A stretch of 64,000 nucleotides of DNA from Malacoraja senta (taxonomy: Eukaryota): positions 136,586,001-136,650,000 of the forward strand of contig CM075978.1 in NCBI GenBank assembly GCA_038087875.1, read 5' to 3'. A program made the translations under genes and the position numbers. Position 1 is the first letter of the stretch. Each line of letters opens with the position of its first letter. Positions 63,870 to 64,000 of the stretch are shown in pieces. The notes under the pieces are model-generated. The model saw nothing but the letters and a program-made list of their open reading frames with translations, was not told where the DNA came from and made no database searches.

Positions 63870-64000
63870 GACGAGTTGCACCCTGGCCACTCCCTCTTCT
63901 CCCCTTTCCCATCAGGCAAAAGATATAGAAGTGTGAAAATGCAGACCACCAGTTTCGGGGACAGTTTCTTCCTAGCTGTTATCAGGCAACTCAATCACCC
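63870..64000 (+). mobile_element. Rex1/Babar-like LINE fragment
   Basis: HPGHSLFSPFPSGKRYRSVK...TTSFGDSFFLAVIRQLN, homologous to 7460-7575. Confidence 0.7.

Noticed and set aside
1-64000. CRISPR array or prokaryotic operon/defence system
   Set aside because: Vertebrate repeat landscape; no regularly spaced repeats and no gene-dense ORF structure

Overview
This is eukaryotic, AT-rich, non-coding DNA with one 200-N assembly gap at 18721-18920. The repeat content points to a cartilaginous fish, most likely a skate or ray; this is an inference from HE1/V-SINE-type tRNA SINEs, CR1 3' ends with short-unit tails, Penelope-like elements and DeuSINE/L2 relics. I could not support any host protein-coding exon, so the window looks like a large intron or gene desert. 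All recognisable ORFs are transposon remnants: a chromodomain-bearing Ty3/Gypsy element (9697-12557) nested in a long CR1 LINE, two IR/DR Tc1 elements, a Penelope GIY-YIG fragment nested in the first Tc1, a young PIF/Harbinger MITE, and Rex1/Babar fragments. Three signals stand out. (1) More than 15 short Penelope-derived units carry a minimal hammerhead-ribozyme motif; many are bounded by 8-17 bp target-site duplications (TSDs), and several are fold-backs or self-insertions with junctions at the ribozyme core. (2) The Gypsy element has a Tf1-type self-priming primer-binding site. (3) An unexplained 148-bp CpG-rich, hairpin-forming insert has an 11-bp TSD. Family names come from recognising motifs, not from database searches.
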